Shown: positions 12,994 through 25,987 of the stretch, in pieces
Layout of the letters: the number at the start of each line of letters is the position of its first letter
Numbering within the stretch: the first letter of the stretch is position 1
The notes under the pieces: generated by a model
Seen by the model: only the letters and a program-made list of their open reading frames with translations
Told to the model about the DNA's origin: nothing
Databases searched by the model: none
Source: Pseudovirgaria hyperparasitica
Taxonomy: Eukaryota
Assembly: GCA_010093815.1 (NCBI GenBank)
Contig: ML996570.1
Direction: 5' to 3' (one strand)
DNA length: 64,000 nt
Program-made: the position numbers and the translations under genes

Positions 12994-15900
12994 AGAAGGA
13001 GTGTTTGTTCCCTGAATGTTTTTCAATGTTTTGTCTACCAAATGCATTTCTGATAGCGTATTTTGGATGCATTTTTTGGGGGCTAGCGTGATTAATCAGA
13101 ATCATCATTACTCAAAGAAGAAATCCGTTGCTATATCCTTCCGCTTCCTTTTATAGGTCGCGGGGTAGCTTTGTTCCCTTGACTATTTTGCACACACCAA
13201 AGACCTTTTTGAATCCTCTGCCGCTGGTGAATTATGTTCACCACTAGGGTCATAAAAGGCCATCCATCATGGCCCGGCACAGACGATGTGAAGAGTAAGA
13301 ATAGCTCAGCTTTGTAAGACTCTATAAAGCCTTTTGCTTCCAAGAGACTTTTGGATGGGTCAATATGGGTGATTATCCTCAATTTGAGAGGAAATTTAAC
13401 AGAAACCAAAGATTTGAATATAATTAGCGATAAAGATGCCCGAACACTTCCAAATTCGCAGGCATAGCGAAGACCAACGTGAAGTCCTCAGTAGGCATAG
13501 CTACGTCGACACCCCAAAGATCGAGCACCGAAAGAGTATCCAAGCTGGAGGTTACTCTATTTTATTCGTACCTATCTACCTACGTAGCTACCGATGTGTG
13601 ATCCCGCGGCATGCATGCATAGATAGGTGGGTAATGTAAACATAGGATCCGCATTCTTCATCTTCCTACGATATCCATCTGCAGAAAGGTTCAAAGCCCA
13701 TATTGTCGATGTGTAATGTAGCGATTGCCGCAGCAGCATGATATTGGAAGTTACATGATTCGAGACACTTAGCTATCTGAGCTGGAATCTATCTTATTTG
13801 TCGCGACATGCCCCGGTCCCTCTTTCTTCTCAAGCTGACTATATGGTTGGGACGAGATGACGATCTTTGAGGGGGGTTATATTGTTGGGAGTCGGGACTG
13901 CGTTTCGCAACCCTAGATGGTTATATATATATACGGGATCACGAGCTTTGTGGTGGGAGGATTCATATACATCTATACCTATTTACCGGATTCGGTTCTT
14001 CCCACGCTCAAGATTCTGGGAAGACTCAGCGCCATCCTCGGCTTCTGGTTCCGGTCTATGGGGACTGTGTTATGAACTCTTGGGATTGAAGGGGGCTGGT
14101 GGACTAGGGGTTTGTGACATGAGCAGCGCTCTTCGCTCTTTCGGGGGCCCTGAACGGTCTAATGGCAATATATCTTAGCAATAATAAGGGTTAGTGATGC
14201 ATTCTTCTCGTGTTATTGAAGGGGTATTTAGGTTCGAGACGAGGTGGCTTGAGACGTGTGCTGAAGGTAAGTGGCAGACGGAGACACTGGGAGAGCTGGG
14301 ATACAAGTTCTAAGTGGCAATATGGTGTGTGTGACTGGTTTGGCGTTTCTTGGTAGGTTATCTTCGTCAAGGATAGACTCGAGATTCTGCGATGTGTGAC
14401 TTTCCTTCATGCGTAAGCTGTCTCAAAGCCCTGACTTCATGATATATGGAATGGAAATGATTCTATACATGGAGTGAGATATGAGAAGACAGGACTAAAA
14501 CAATGTACTTTAATAAGGATGAAAAATATTAGACCATGTCCTCTTTGACGACTATGGTCATGGATCTCGAAAGATCAGAAGGTCAATACCATAATACATC
14601 CACTGTGTGGAACAATCATGGATACTCTACAGATCCATCTGGTTTCAGTATAGGAATCTAGTGATATCCGTTGCTCGTCCCTTTCACCATGGACAGAGGC
14701 CTGCAATGGTAAGATATCCTATGCAAACTACAGGCTTTATGGGATAGTCGATGCTGGTTACGTCCTGGTTGCTCCCATGAGATCTAATTGCGAATGTATT
14801 AATGCTCGTTCTGGGCAATTTCCAGCTATGAATAGAAGAAGATAGAGAAAATAGGTATTGTCTCGTTTGTGCAACCGTGATGTAGACAGCAGTGACAATA
14901 GCACGAAAGTAAGCCTGGGCATCTACTTCTAGATGTGTTTCCCAGTGCATAGGTATGTAATATCATCTCTTGATATTGTCCAGGTCAGGTCTATCATCTA
15001 TCAATGCAGCAGCATGTTGACCATGTACTACCGCCGTGAGGGTCTCATTTGTGATATCCCAATAGTCACCATGTGCGTGGAGTAAACATGCATGTCCGCG
15101 AAGTAACTGGAGCGGGACGACTTTGCACGATAATACTGCTTCTCATCCCAAGCGTCGCAACAGGTAATGCACAGGCGGTCTAATATCGTAGTCAAGAGCC
15201 ATGCACCCCACAACGTATCAGTACGGTGTTGCAAAGGTGTTTCATAGAGGAAGTGGCATTGGAAAGGCCGTGAAGGTTTAGCTATGAGCTTTTTAGTCAC
15301 GACGATACAGGGGCTACTATTAGGGGTGGAAGTATCATGGAAAGTACTCTACAAGAAACACAGTACGTATGACCTTTGATCCTTGTTAGATGACAGTTCA
15401 TGTTGATCGATGTGTGGTTGGTGCTGTCGAATGCAAGAACTACATCTTGGCGCTAGTACGTGAACGACCGATCGCAAGTCAAAGCTACAGTTTAAGTTTA
15501 AACTCGACCTCTCTCAGTTTCAGCTTTGTCTCATCTAACATAACACAACAACCTGCCAACTTCAACCTTTCGCACATAGCACCTGAGATCGTTAGATGGA
15601 CGCGTCGAAGCAGCCACTTTAATTAGTGGCTTCGCGATCTCCCGATCTCGAACGGTCGGACATCTGCAAGCTCAAACCCCGGCCGAGTTTTCCGGTCGCG
15701 GCGAGGGATACATTCTAGAATCTACGCGAAAATCAAGGCTACTTTGACGTCGTCTACACTACCGCGAGGCGAGATATGGGCCCCACTCTGGAGACCTAGT
15801 CATGATCTCGTTCCGACTCTGGAATGCCTAGGATTGCATCATGGCAATGTGCGTGACCTCAGGGCAAAACTCAAGATAATTAGCACCTCGGCGGACAGCA

Positions 15901-17339
15901 CTGAACCAAGCTTTCTGCCACTGGATAACCTATTGAGTGGTACCCATGAGCATTCCATGTCCGCTATATACAATCGGCAGATGCGAAAGCACCCAGACTC
16001 CCCATCGCCAAAAGCCCACATCTCCGCTTCGCAGTTTCGATCGGTCGAATGCCCCGACGAACCAATAAATTCTACATACGGTAGTAGTTATTAGCACCCT
16101 TGATAACGCTGCAACTCTACCCTTGAGGGGGGGGAGGGGCCGGGCCCTGAGCGCGGCGACGCCCCGCAAAGCCACCGACGTAGAGGGAAAGACACGGGTC
16201 CGATCTCCCGCTGTCTAGAGATCGCGACAAAGCTGCGATCGCCATGCCTTGCCGACTTAGCGCCATTCGTTCTCAGGGCAGCAGGGGTGGAGGGGGCAAG
16301 GTGAAGAAAGAATCGCAGTGCCGACCGCTTCGGACAAGTATGGGAAATGAGAAAAGAATGGCACGATCCGAGGAGAGGTCACGGGGGGGGGAGCCGTGGG
16401 ATGCATCCATCCATCCATCGCATCCTGCAATAACTGGTACTGGTCACGATCCGTGTCTGGCCTTCGATTGCTGAAGGATGAGGTGTGTTGTATTGGAAAG
16501 AACCCACCCCCATCGACGCGACCCAGACGCCCGATCGGACGTTGAAGGTGAGATGTCTGAGGCAGACAGGGCTACTAGTTGCAGAGCAGCGAGACGATTG
16601 CATGATGCGGATGCGGTCTCTCGCCATGTCTTGCTTTTGCACGCACCTCACATAGCGAATCCCGGTACATGCTGCTGACATCCATCTCTTCAAAGGATTA
16701 TCAGGCTGCAAACCAGTGCGATCGAGTAGAGACATCGCCGCGTACCGCCATTCTCCTCCTGAAATGTTGTATTTCCCGGGAGGAGGTGTCTGATGCACGA
16801 TGGACGAGAAGAGGAAGGTGTACGCCTGGTATAATTATCCTTTCGCGGTTGGGTTGGTATATTTCGCTCATACCGGTATACTCAAGCCCAGCATACCCAA
16901 ATCTACGTCCAAAACTGAATCTCCTTTCTCCCAAGTAATTAAAACATGCCACATTAAATCTATTTCCAACACCGCGTCCTGACAGCCTCAAAAGCCAAAT
17001 TTCCAAGTATGTCCAGCCATCCTCGCTCACCGTGTGTCAGACTGATATCAAGCCCCTCCCCTCAAGCCTTGCCAGAAAAACAGTCACCCAAAATAAATCC
17101 CGTTGTGTCAAGGAAGAAGACCCCTTCCGGACTTAAACCACATTAGGCCCATATGGCTTTCATCTTCCCCATGAATCGACGATCAAAAACATCCTCATTT
17201 TCCCCTCGCTGGAGTCTTTTGTACCTTGCAAGTAATCAGATGGCTTGAAACTGAAACCGCCTCTGCCTGGCCGGCCGGCCGGCCGTGTGCGTGTTTGCAT
17301 GTGCGGCGCCGCCGGGTCTAGAACAGGTGTTCTCAGCAT

Positions 17340-18056
17340 CTTCAGACTACATGCATGCAAAATACATAACCTGCATACATACATTCCAACATACATACAT
17401 ACATACATACATACATACCTCACACATACATACATATATAACCTACCCGTCCCGTATCGACGATGCCACACTATCCAGCCTCGCAAAACGCCCCCCGTCG
17501 GACCTGATAGACGGCCCGTTAATTACAGCACACTCCTCCTTCAAACCCAGGAGGAGGAATCACCATATGGATGTGCTAATAATTAATCACTGATTCGCAA
17601 TGTCCCCTCTGTTCTGCACGCACGCCACCTGTGTGTATGTATCGGGTGATCATGCGATTGAAGAAGGGGGGTTTAGGCCCAGGACGCGGGGGATGATGGC
17701 GTGCTCTTTTGAGTCATTTGATCGTGGAGTGCATTTGCTCTGTTTTGCTGTGCTCTGGTCTGGTTTGGTCTGGTCTGGTCTGCTCTGCGCTAGTCTGGTA
17801 TGGTGTGGTATGGGCTAGTATATTGTATGGTGAGGAGAAGAGCGCGATTGAGGAGGAGGTATTGGTGATGGTGATGGTGAGTGAGGATGCTGGATGGATG
17901 CCCGGTGTGGGGATCCTGGAGATGCTCGGGCACCTGTACATCGCATGGCATGGCGTGGCATAACATAGCATAGCATAGCCCACGATCGAGGGGTTTAGTT
18001 GGTTAGGTAGTTAGTTTGGTCGTTGGTTGGTAAATGGTAGTGTGGTTTCGCGGCTG

Positions 18057-18088
<32 letters not shown>

Positions 18089-19400
18089 ATGTCAGGACAC
18101 ATACACACCACACACACACACACAATAATAGACACAAAACCCACAGAAGTCGACACAGAAACGGAGCAATAACATCAGGCTCGACGCGGTGTCGCTCGCC
18201 ATCACATGCATGCATGCATGCAGCTCTGCACACCACCTCTCTAGACTCCAAACAAGCCCCGGTTGCTTATCCCATTCCATTCCCATTTCCCATTCCACTC
18301 CATCTCACCAACGGAACAAGCCATATTGCTTTCCCAAGCAAGCAAAAGCGTCAGAGACAAACCTAAAAAAAAACAATCCTAGTTTTCTGGTCTCTCGCTC
18401 TTTCGCTAGTGCAGTTAGTTTAGTAGTGGGATGCGATAACAACGCTATTGTGTGAATTAAGTAGCACCCCCCAAAAAAAAACAGGTCCAGTGCATTGCTG
18501 ATGACCGAGCGAGCGAGCGAGCAGGTAAGCAAGCAAGCATCAGATCGTATATTCGCCACCAGATCGTGCTTATACATGCGATGAGAATTATAATACACAT
18601 GTACAGACACAGACACAGACACAGACACAGACACACACATGAACTCGTATGCAGTAAACAACAAATCTGAATGTGAATTGGATGAATAAATGGAATATGA
18701 TGAAAATCCATCGCTCAAAATGCTACACGACAACGCCCGATAACACCGCGCTTTTGTGCTTGCTATACCGAAAACAGTCCCATGTCAAATACAGTAGAAC
18801 AACATAATGAATCCTTCCCTCCATCCATCCATCCAATAATCGCCGTGCAGCAACATCGCATCGCAGCACATCACTATCACATCGGCCCATTGGGCAGGCA
18901 GCATATCATGAGACCACCCACCCACACATACAGACACGCGCACGCACCTTCCATCCCATCCCATCCCTCGCAAAACCCGATGTTACAGAAGATGGGGAAT
19001 TTCGTGTCCGACATCGACGATGTGAAATGCCTTGCTATCGGCGATGGAAGAAAACGCGTGCTTGTGTGCGGCGGTAGGTGGCGCGCGTGGTGTGTTTGGG
19101 TGGACGCGGGAATTGGATATGTGCGCGGCATCGAGAAGTATGTTGTGCATCGACGTTTTCCCCTGCCCCGCTCTTTCCGGCCGCGTTGCCGTTGAAGTAA
19201 AGTGGTCGGCACGTGTCGCGTGTCCTTCACGCCTGGAACAATCGAGGGTTTTGCGGGCGGGATGAGGTGTGCGGGGGGCTGTGCTGGAGGCTTCGCAGAG
19301 CACCATCCGCGGTACGAGTGCGAGTGCGAGTGCGAGGGCGAGGACGTTCTAGGAGATAATGGGTTGTGTGGGTGTGTTTGTGTATGAGGGGTCAAAGGTG
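17340..19400. repeat. Microsatellite/low-complexity-rich tract: (CATA)n, (TCTGG)n, (CATC)n, (CA)n, (GACACA)n, (GAGTGC)n
   Basis: Multiple short perfect and imperfect SSRs read directly, e.g. 17375-17440, 17755-17780, 18056-18080, 18604-18640. Confidence 0.85.
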
Positions 19401-19450
19401 TGTAGTTATTGACGACACATTTTGGTCGTTGCATGGTTTTGGTGGTGGGT

Positions 19451-19690
19451 TCAGGTTGCTCGTTTCGGGCTGCCGGATAGTTGGCCTAGCGATGCAAAGG
19501 AGTTTGTCAGTGCAGAGTAGGACGAGGCTTCTCTGCTGCTGATTGAGTCGATGGAACTGGTTGACGAGGACCGAGATTGTGAGTTGGTTGATGCTGCTTG
19601 GAGGTTGAGAGTGACACATGATTCACAACGTCCGCTTGCCATGTTGCACCGGCCTCTGCAGCCACGTTCGTAGTTGACGCAGGAAAACAT
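19451..19690 (-). CDS. Small (79 aa) Cys-rich protein of unknown function
   Basis: CACAATG start context, TATA-like ATATAAAAAG about 110 nt upstream, CA-rich 5' leader, MFSCVNYERGCRGRCNMASGRCESCVTLNL followed by a Ser-rich tail. Confidence 0.7.
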   Translation of the reverse strand: MFSCVNYERGCRGRCNMASGRCESCVTLNLQAASTNSQSRSSSTSSIDSISSREASSYSALTNSFASLGQLSGSPKRAT

Positions 19691-21745
19691 TGTGGATGAG
19701 TGTTGTGTGAGTAGGTTGAAAGTAAGTGTGTTTGTGTGCGTGTGTGTGGTGTATGTATGTGTGTGTTGTGTGAGTATGGTCGATGATAGTGTAAGACGGA
19801 CTTTTTATATTATGACCGAGTCGAGGTGTTCAAACTTTGTGGCTTGTAGAATCTCAAGGAATCAAACTGGAACGAAGGGGAAAAGCCAAATGGTATATAT
19901 AAACACGCGTACCGGTTTTGCACCGCCAGGGGTCGGACGGATCTACCTGGATGCTCGATGATGTCTTTTTCTCGATCCCTGGGCCATGTCTCTCAACTCG
20001 GGCTCCCGTCACAAGGCGCCAAGTCCTGGAGGCTTTACCAAATCCGTGCGGTCTACATGGCGGCCCTTGGCGTTAGCGCTGAGCCTTGAGCAGGATTGTT
20101 TCCTATCACCGTGCGATTGGTCATGATGTTACTGACGCCCGTATCATTCCAGAGCATCGGGCCTTCTGGCCCTCCTCCAGACCTGTCACCTACGAGCCCG
20201 ATACTGTATCTGCCACTTTCTTAATTTTCTTTGACAGCTCAGGAGCCCACTCTTTGCTTGACTTTCGTATAAATGCACGTGTTGCAACCTGAGTGTGGGT
20301 CTAATGACTTTTTTTGACTGCGTCGGTGTACCGTGTATCCACACCCTGTGCACTCTTCAGACATACCAGGGTCAAGGGATCGAGACAGTCCCTGCCCATC
20401 ACGGCTCCTTTTTTCATGCTTGATTTTTCCACTGTTGGCTGGCTGCGTGTACGTGGCCTCTCCTGCCTCTGTCTTGTGGCTTTTTCTCCACAGCAACGGT
20501 TGTCGTCGTCCAAGGACTCGTACAACGTTGTGTTTAGGCAGGCAGACTTACATATCGCTGAGTCAACACCATGACGCCATTGCGCACAATATGCAGAAAG
20601 GCGACGCCGTACAACTATCGCTACCTAGTAACAAAGTGCGGAGAGACCAACCATGTCTCGCCGGGATCGGCCGCAATGCTTCACGAACCCGAGATAGCCG
20701 GTGTCCATCACTGTTATTTTATGTGGACTTCTAAGCATTCGTGTGTGAAAGATTGGGAGATTTTCGGGCACCATGGGAATGAAGGCATGCATCACCCCAA
20801 CCTGACAAAGGCCCTTCTTATTTTCTTTTCGTGTTGCATGGAACCCCAGTCAACTTGATGCACCTCTAGCCAGGACACAGCCTCAGCCCCACTTTGGATT
20901 TTGTTGCAGAATTCATATGTTGTTGTTACATGAATAGTTCATTTTGTTTCGAATTGTTCCACGCTTTGGTCCTCGGACGCGTCTACTTGTTCCAGACTCT
21001 CTGATCAGCGCCCCGTGCTTTCTCAGACAGGCGAGCGAATTCATAGCGACAGCGCTAGAATTGCCGAAGAAGCCTGTGGCGTGCGAGCTTTGACATCGCT
21101 ACTTGTTTCATTGTCGAGCAGGCCCCGCCTTGTTTTACGAAAACGCGCCCAAGATGAGGCTATTACCAACGTCTATCTCATGCTGTTCTTATTTACGGAG
21201 TGTGTAAAAATTTGCGTAGAGAATCAAAATTTCGCCGTCAACGCCGTGCCTCGGCGCATCTTGAACGTCGTAAGCGAGCGTGCGCTAGGCAAGTTTTCAA
21301 AGGGGTTTCTTCTGTAATAAGTCCTTGAGACTGATTGCTCCACCGCCAACAAGATAAAGACGGTCCAGCTTAGCGGAATGTATCGCGACATGTACGCTTT
21401 GATTGCCTATGTCGTCGGCAACAGCGTCATGGCAAGACTAGCCAGCATGCCACAGAGGAGAGGAGGGTGATGAAGTCGAGAACAAGAAACGTGGGTACGC
21501 TTGGGTAGATTAGAAAGCCTAACAAGACCGAACGACTTAGCTGAATGCAGTGAAAGCTAAATACGAGTAGACAGACGGTCGGACTGTAACGTGATGGTCT
21601 TGACTGCCGACGTTAGATGCAGTCTGTAACTTTTCAGAGAACGCGGAGCCTGTGATATGTGGGCAGCAAAGATGTTCCTATAGCCTGAGCATCGTAGAAG
21701 CGGTTCCCAGTGATAGGCAAGATATTACTATCCTAGCCGCGTTAT

Positions 21746-22969
21746 TCAACCATGATCTCGCCGCGGCCTCTTGGACTCTCGATCCTCCGATGCCAGTGAC
21801 CGTTTCCGCTCACCGAGTGCAGCAGAATTGGCACCTGTGGCACCAGGTCTGTCTGGTCTGAATCTATCATCGCTGTTGTTGTATGAACCGCCGTTCTTTC
21901 GGTCGTACCCATAGTCTGCCCATCTACCGGTATCTTCTGACTTGAGATCCTTGTAACGTGTACGTCCTTTCTTTCCCAGTTTCGTCATGTCCCTGATACG
22001 CATGTACTCTGGCAGCGTCTCTTTATTCGTCTCGTCCACGAACTTGGCGCCCATGATGTCGCGATCCAGAAGACCCTGAGCAGCCAATTCATCTGTGAAG
22101 AAGGCGCCTTTGTGGAAGTATTTCTGCATGTATCCAGCCTGCGGCTTGTCGGAGCGGTCCTCCTTGTCGCGTGCTATTCTCTCCGCATCCTCGGCCTCAC
22201 GTTCTGCTGCAGTCATGTTGCGTCTTCGCTCGCGCTCGGCCAGCTCAGCCTCGTATTCTTCAATTCTGGCGCGATCCCTTCGTATCCTAGATAGTTCCCG
22301 CAATTTCCACGCTGCATATTCGGCCTCTACGTCTCGATCGTCGGTATCGTCCACGGCTTCTTGCTCCTCGAGGTCACGGTCCTCGTCGTCCCAATACTTC
22401 TTGCCCGCTGCTTTCTCCGCCGCAGCTCTCTCAATCTGCTCCTGTATAAGCTCATCCGCTTCAGCTTTCCGCCGCGCTTCTTCCTCTTCGGCCTTTTCCT
22501 CTTCTGACTTCTCCGGCACGGTACCTCCGTTTCTTTGTGCCTTCTTGATGAAGACAGGTCTGATAAACTTGCGTCGAGTATCCTCCTCCTCCTCACTGCT
22601 GCTTTCTTCTGATGATGATTCTTCTCCGCTTTCACTCCCGCTCTCGTTCTCATCCTCTTCATCCTCTTCGTTCTCCGTCTCAAACTCGTCCTCCTCCGCT
22701 TTCTTCTTAGCGGCGGCTGCTGCCTGAGCTTGCTGATCTCTTCGCGTCTGTGTGTTGAGATCGACAGCCTTGAGGGTGGTTGCTATCTTGGAAGTATCCT
22801 TGGGAAAGGATGTAGCTTTGGGGGGTGGCGCATCTTGACGTGATGTTTCTTGCTCTTCGGGATCGTCGTCCTCAGATGAATCTGATTCATTGGGTGCAGC
22901 AGCAAGCGCTTTTCCAGGGCGATGTCGCGCAGGCCGCACCGGATTCGCGGTCATTCGTTTTGGTGGCAT
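21746..22969 (-). CDS. MFAP1: MFAP1/Spp381-like spliceosomal B-complex protein
   Basis: Acidic/coiled-coil; RPVFIKK, DDTDD...EYAAWKLREL.RI.RDR, YMQKYFHKGAFF, GKKGRTRYKDL..EDTG. Confidence 0.93.
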   Translation of the reverse strand: MPPKRMTANPVRPARHRPGKALAAAPNESDSSEDDDPEEQETSRQDAPPPKATSFPKDTSKIATTLKAVDLNTQTRRDQQAQAAAAAKKKAEEDEFETENEEDEEDENESGSESGEESSSEESSSEEEEDTRRKFIRPVFIKKAQRNGGTVPEKSEEEKAEEEEARRKAEADELIQEQIERAAAEKAAGKKYWDDEDRDLEEQEAVDDTDDRDVEAEYAAWKLRELSRIRRDRARIEEYEAELAERERRRNMTAAEREAEDAERIARDKEDRSDKPQAGYMQKYFHKGAFFTDELAAQGLLDRDIMGAKFVDETNKETLPEYMRIRDMTKLGKKGRTRYKDLKSEDTGRWADYGYDRKNGGSYNNSDDRFRPDRPGATGANSAALGERKRSLASEDRESKRPRRDHG

Positions 22970-23379
22970 GGTGGTGGAACAGTAGCTTTGTAGCTTTGGT
23001 AGAAGCTGTCGAAAACGCGTATCTGGTGGGAGGAGGGTATGGAGGGCTCGTCAATTATACTGTTACCGTTTTGGGATACCTAGAGAAGAGGAAGAAGACC
23101 TCAGTGGAATGTTTCGGGACGAGTTCCTGCCTTAGACAGTGCAAAAGGTGTATGTGAGTTAATGTTCGTAGAAGTCGCGCTCGCGTTGTCCACTACTTTT
23201 TCCGAGAGCTCCATCTGACGCATGGAGAACCTCTCCCGGAAAGGACCCTGCAGCGCTAAGCCTAACAAGGAAAGTCCGCACAATCACGTCCAGTCCAATT
23301 CCAATATAAAATGGGGAAACGCCCTATAGCTCCACTCATGACCTGGTAGCAGACTCTAAGAACAAAATGCAAAAGAAGA

Positions 23380-23462
23380 TGCATCGACCGGGAATCGAAC
23401 CCGGGTCGAGTCGATTCCAATGTGACTGGCAACGACTCAGTATACCACTAACCCACCAATGC
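23380..23462 (-). tRNA. tRNA-Gly(GCC) with 12-nt intron (23415-23426)
   Basis: Minus strand GCATTGG..AGTGGTA..AGTCG-TT-GCC-A[gtcacattggaa]T-CGACT..CCGGG-TTCGATT-CCCGG-TCGATGC-A; cloverleaf stems pair; T-runs downstream. Confidence 0.95.
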
Positions 23463-24059
23463 TGTGATGTAGGCAAATGGCAAATCTTGATATATGTATT
23501 TTGATGATGCCTCCTGTACTTGACACAGTTATACTTGGTTCCACTATGTGACATTCTTGCTCAGATCTTCTCCGGAAAGGCTATATACAGGAAAGGAGCT
23601 CTATGGCACGTCTAGCGCCAATTTGCTGTAACTCAAGACGCAGATATACTTGTCACATCACGTGAATCCAGTACAACTCATTCTATACAAGAATCAAACT
23701 TTGACGACGCACAGGAGACGAACGAGAAGACGAGAGCCCCGAGCATGCAGAACCGGTGAGCGAATGATATCAATCTTCGAATACATCCGTCTCTCAAGAT
23801 GGTAAACGCTTGGGTCCATCTTATCTTGGAGAGACGGGGGAGGAGATATTATCGAGGTTTGTGCGAGGCTGATAGGCTTACAGGCCTTGCAGAGTTACAT
23901 ATCAGAGAAGGATGAGTAGTTGAGGACAGGGACATGAAGTGACAAGACACATGCAGACACGGCGTACGAAGAGGAGACACTGGGAATGAGCGATTTTGAG
24001 CAGAACGTTTATTAAATCGTGGACGTCTGAGTCCGGGTATATTTTATTTTCATCGTCCC

Positions 24060-25155
24060 TCATGTACCAGTAATAGGCTTCTGACCGTATACGACGTAAC
24101 TGTAAGTGGTTGGTGAGCATGGTACTACTAAAATCAGTCTTTGAGCGAACGACTTACATTGGCCAGTAAGCATGGATCCTCGGATTTTGGATCTCTTTCC
24201 TACATCCCATAAGGAGAAGTTCAAGTTCTTCTGGGGACATGCCCAAGACTTGGGTACACAAGCGTGCAGAGAAGCCGTGAAGACCATCTAGAGTGTTGAT
24301 CATGTTCCATTCCCCGAGTTGCTTGAGCTCCTTGTCCTTTGGCCAACGATTTTGCGGCCATTTGTAGACGATTTCCGTCACATTTTGAAATCCTGCTTCG
24401 ATCATGAACTCCTTATACCGCTCCGCCCAGCTTCCATCTCGTTTCAGCGCTTTGAGAGCATCACAAAGGTACTTGTTGAGTCTTTCGAAGTGGGTACCAT
24501 CCATTGTGCCGTCGTCGGCCCGTACTGGAAAGGCAAAATCTTGGAGCTCGTACCAGCCACCCGGCTTCAGAGAGTCGTAGACCCGTGAGAACAGTGCTGT
24601 AGGGTTACCAAGTGAGCCAGCTAGCATTCGACCGTGAATATAGTCAAACTTTTGAGGGAACGTCCATTCTTGGTCAAAATCATCAACTTCGAATTTGCAG
24701 TTTGGTGGGACATATGGAGGTTGTATGGCACTGAGATCGGTACCAATTACATTGGCCTGAGGGAATTCGTCTGCAAAGTCCATGGCCCATATTCCGGTAC
24801 CAGTGCCAATGTCGAGGGCGTTAAAATCGTCTGTACAGTCGAGAGGGGCATGGTAGAGCTGACGGTGCATAGTCTTCAGGAAGATCTCATGCTGAAGGTC
24901 CAGCCTCTCCTGCTCCTGGTCGTCTTCCGGGATGAAGTATAGGCCATCTTGGTATTTGTGGTAGCCACGGCCATTCTCCTCGACGCTTTCCAGTATGCTT
25001 GACCTCAGACTTTCGGTATATGTGGTGGAGACGTCGTCACCCAGAGCAGAGTCGGATTCGAAAGAGTCGGCGTCGAGTGGATCTGGATTGCCCTCGTGAG
25101 GAGCGTGCAGGTGTTGAGGGTCGGACTCAGCGGGAAGCTGGATAGCGTCCGCCAT
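24060..25155 (-). CDS. SAM-dependent methyltransferase (LaeA-like/Methyltransf_23 family); exons 25155-24158, 24099-24060
   Basis: ENGRGYH, EQERLDLQH, LDIGTGTGIWAMDFADEFP.A.VIGTDLS.IQP, LKPGGW.E, terminal YVVYGQKP after the intron. Confidence 0.93.
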
Positions 25156-25899
25156 AAGGGCCGACGAGGAAACGCGCGGATGCGGCAAAGGGTGGAGTAG
25201 TAGTGGTGTAACAGGCTTAAGATAGATCAGTGGGTGTGCGACATAAGGGCGTTTAGGATTGAAGCGGTATGACACACGTGAAGACGGGGGTCACAAACGC
25301 AGCCTTCCAGAGGGCGAGGACGGCTCGTATAGTGATTGGGGGGCGCAGGTGAAAGAGAAATGGGCTACGCCGCGCGAAGGTCCAGAAGAGAAAAGAAGAG
25401 CAGTGGCATTCTTAACAGAGATGGGTGAGGTGCCTGAAGTTCGGTCAGGTAAGTGGATGGGAATGGTCCGGAGTGTGTGGGCATGATGGGAAGTGACATG
25501 GGATGGAGCGTGGGCATTTGAACATGGAAGCTAACTTAGACTCATGTACTATCGACGAACGTAGGCAAGAGCGAGCGGGTCGAGCGCCGGGCCTTCCCAG
25601 TCGGGGCGCCTTAGACTCCCCGGTGCCGTTGACGACGGACTGCTTGATGGCTGGAGCGTATGAGACTATGAGTAGTATAGAGGTGCGGGTGTGTGCATGT
25701 GCGCAGAAGAGGAATGGCGGAGAATGGTGATAATTACGGTCGTTGATGATTGAGGAGGGGATGAGGGAATATGCAGTGTGCAAGCTGTGTCAATGTGCAA
25801 TATGCAACAATATGCAAGACTGTACGTGATATGGGTCTATGAGCGGGTTGGCGGTCAGGAACAGGGAACTGGCAGTGGGGAGAGAGCACGCAGGAAACT

Positions 25900-25987
25900 G
25901 GGGCAGTTTGGGGCAGTTTGGGGCAGTTTGGGGCAGTTTGGGGCAGTTCGGGGCGGTTCGGGGGGCAGTTTGGGCGAGTTTGGCAGT
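25900..25987. repeat. (GGGGCAGTTT)n 10-mer tandem repeat, about 8 copies with a degenerating end
   Basis: Four perfect units followed by variants. Confidence 0.93.

Noticed and set aside
18877..19434. 185-aa minus-strand ORF downstream of the micro-gene
   Set aside because: Low-complexity, SSR-derived composition; better explained as 3' UTR
20900..21480. Possible decayed gene on the minus strand
   Set aside because: Multiple stops and no recognisable motif; insufficient support
22095..22727. 210-aa Ser-rich ORF
   Set aside because: Antisense shadow of the Glu-rich MFAP1 gene
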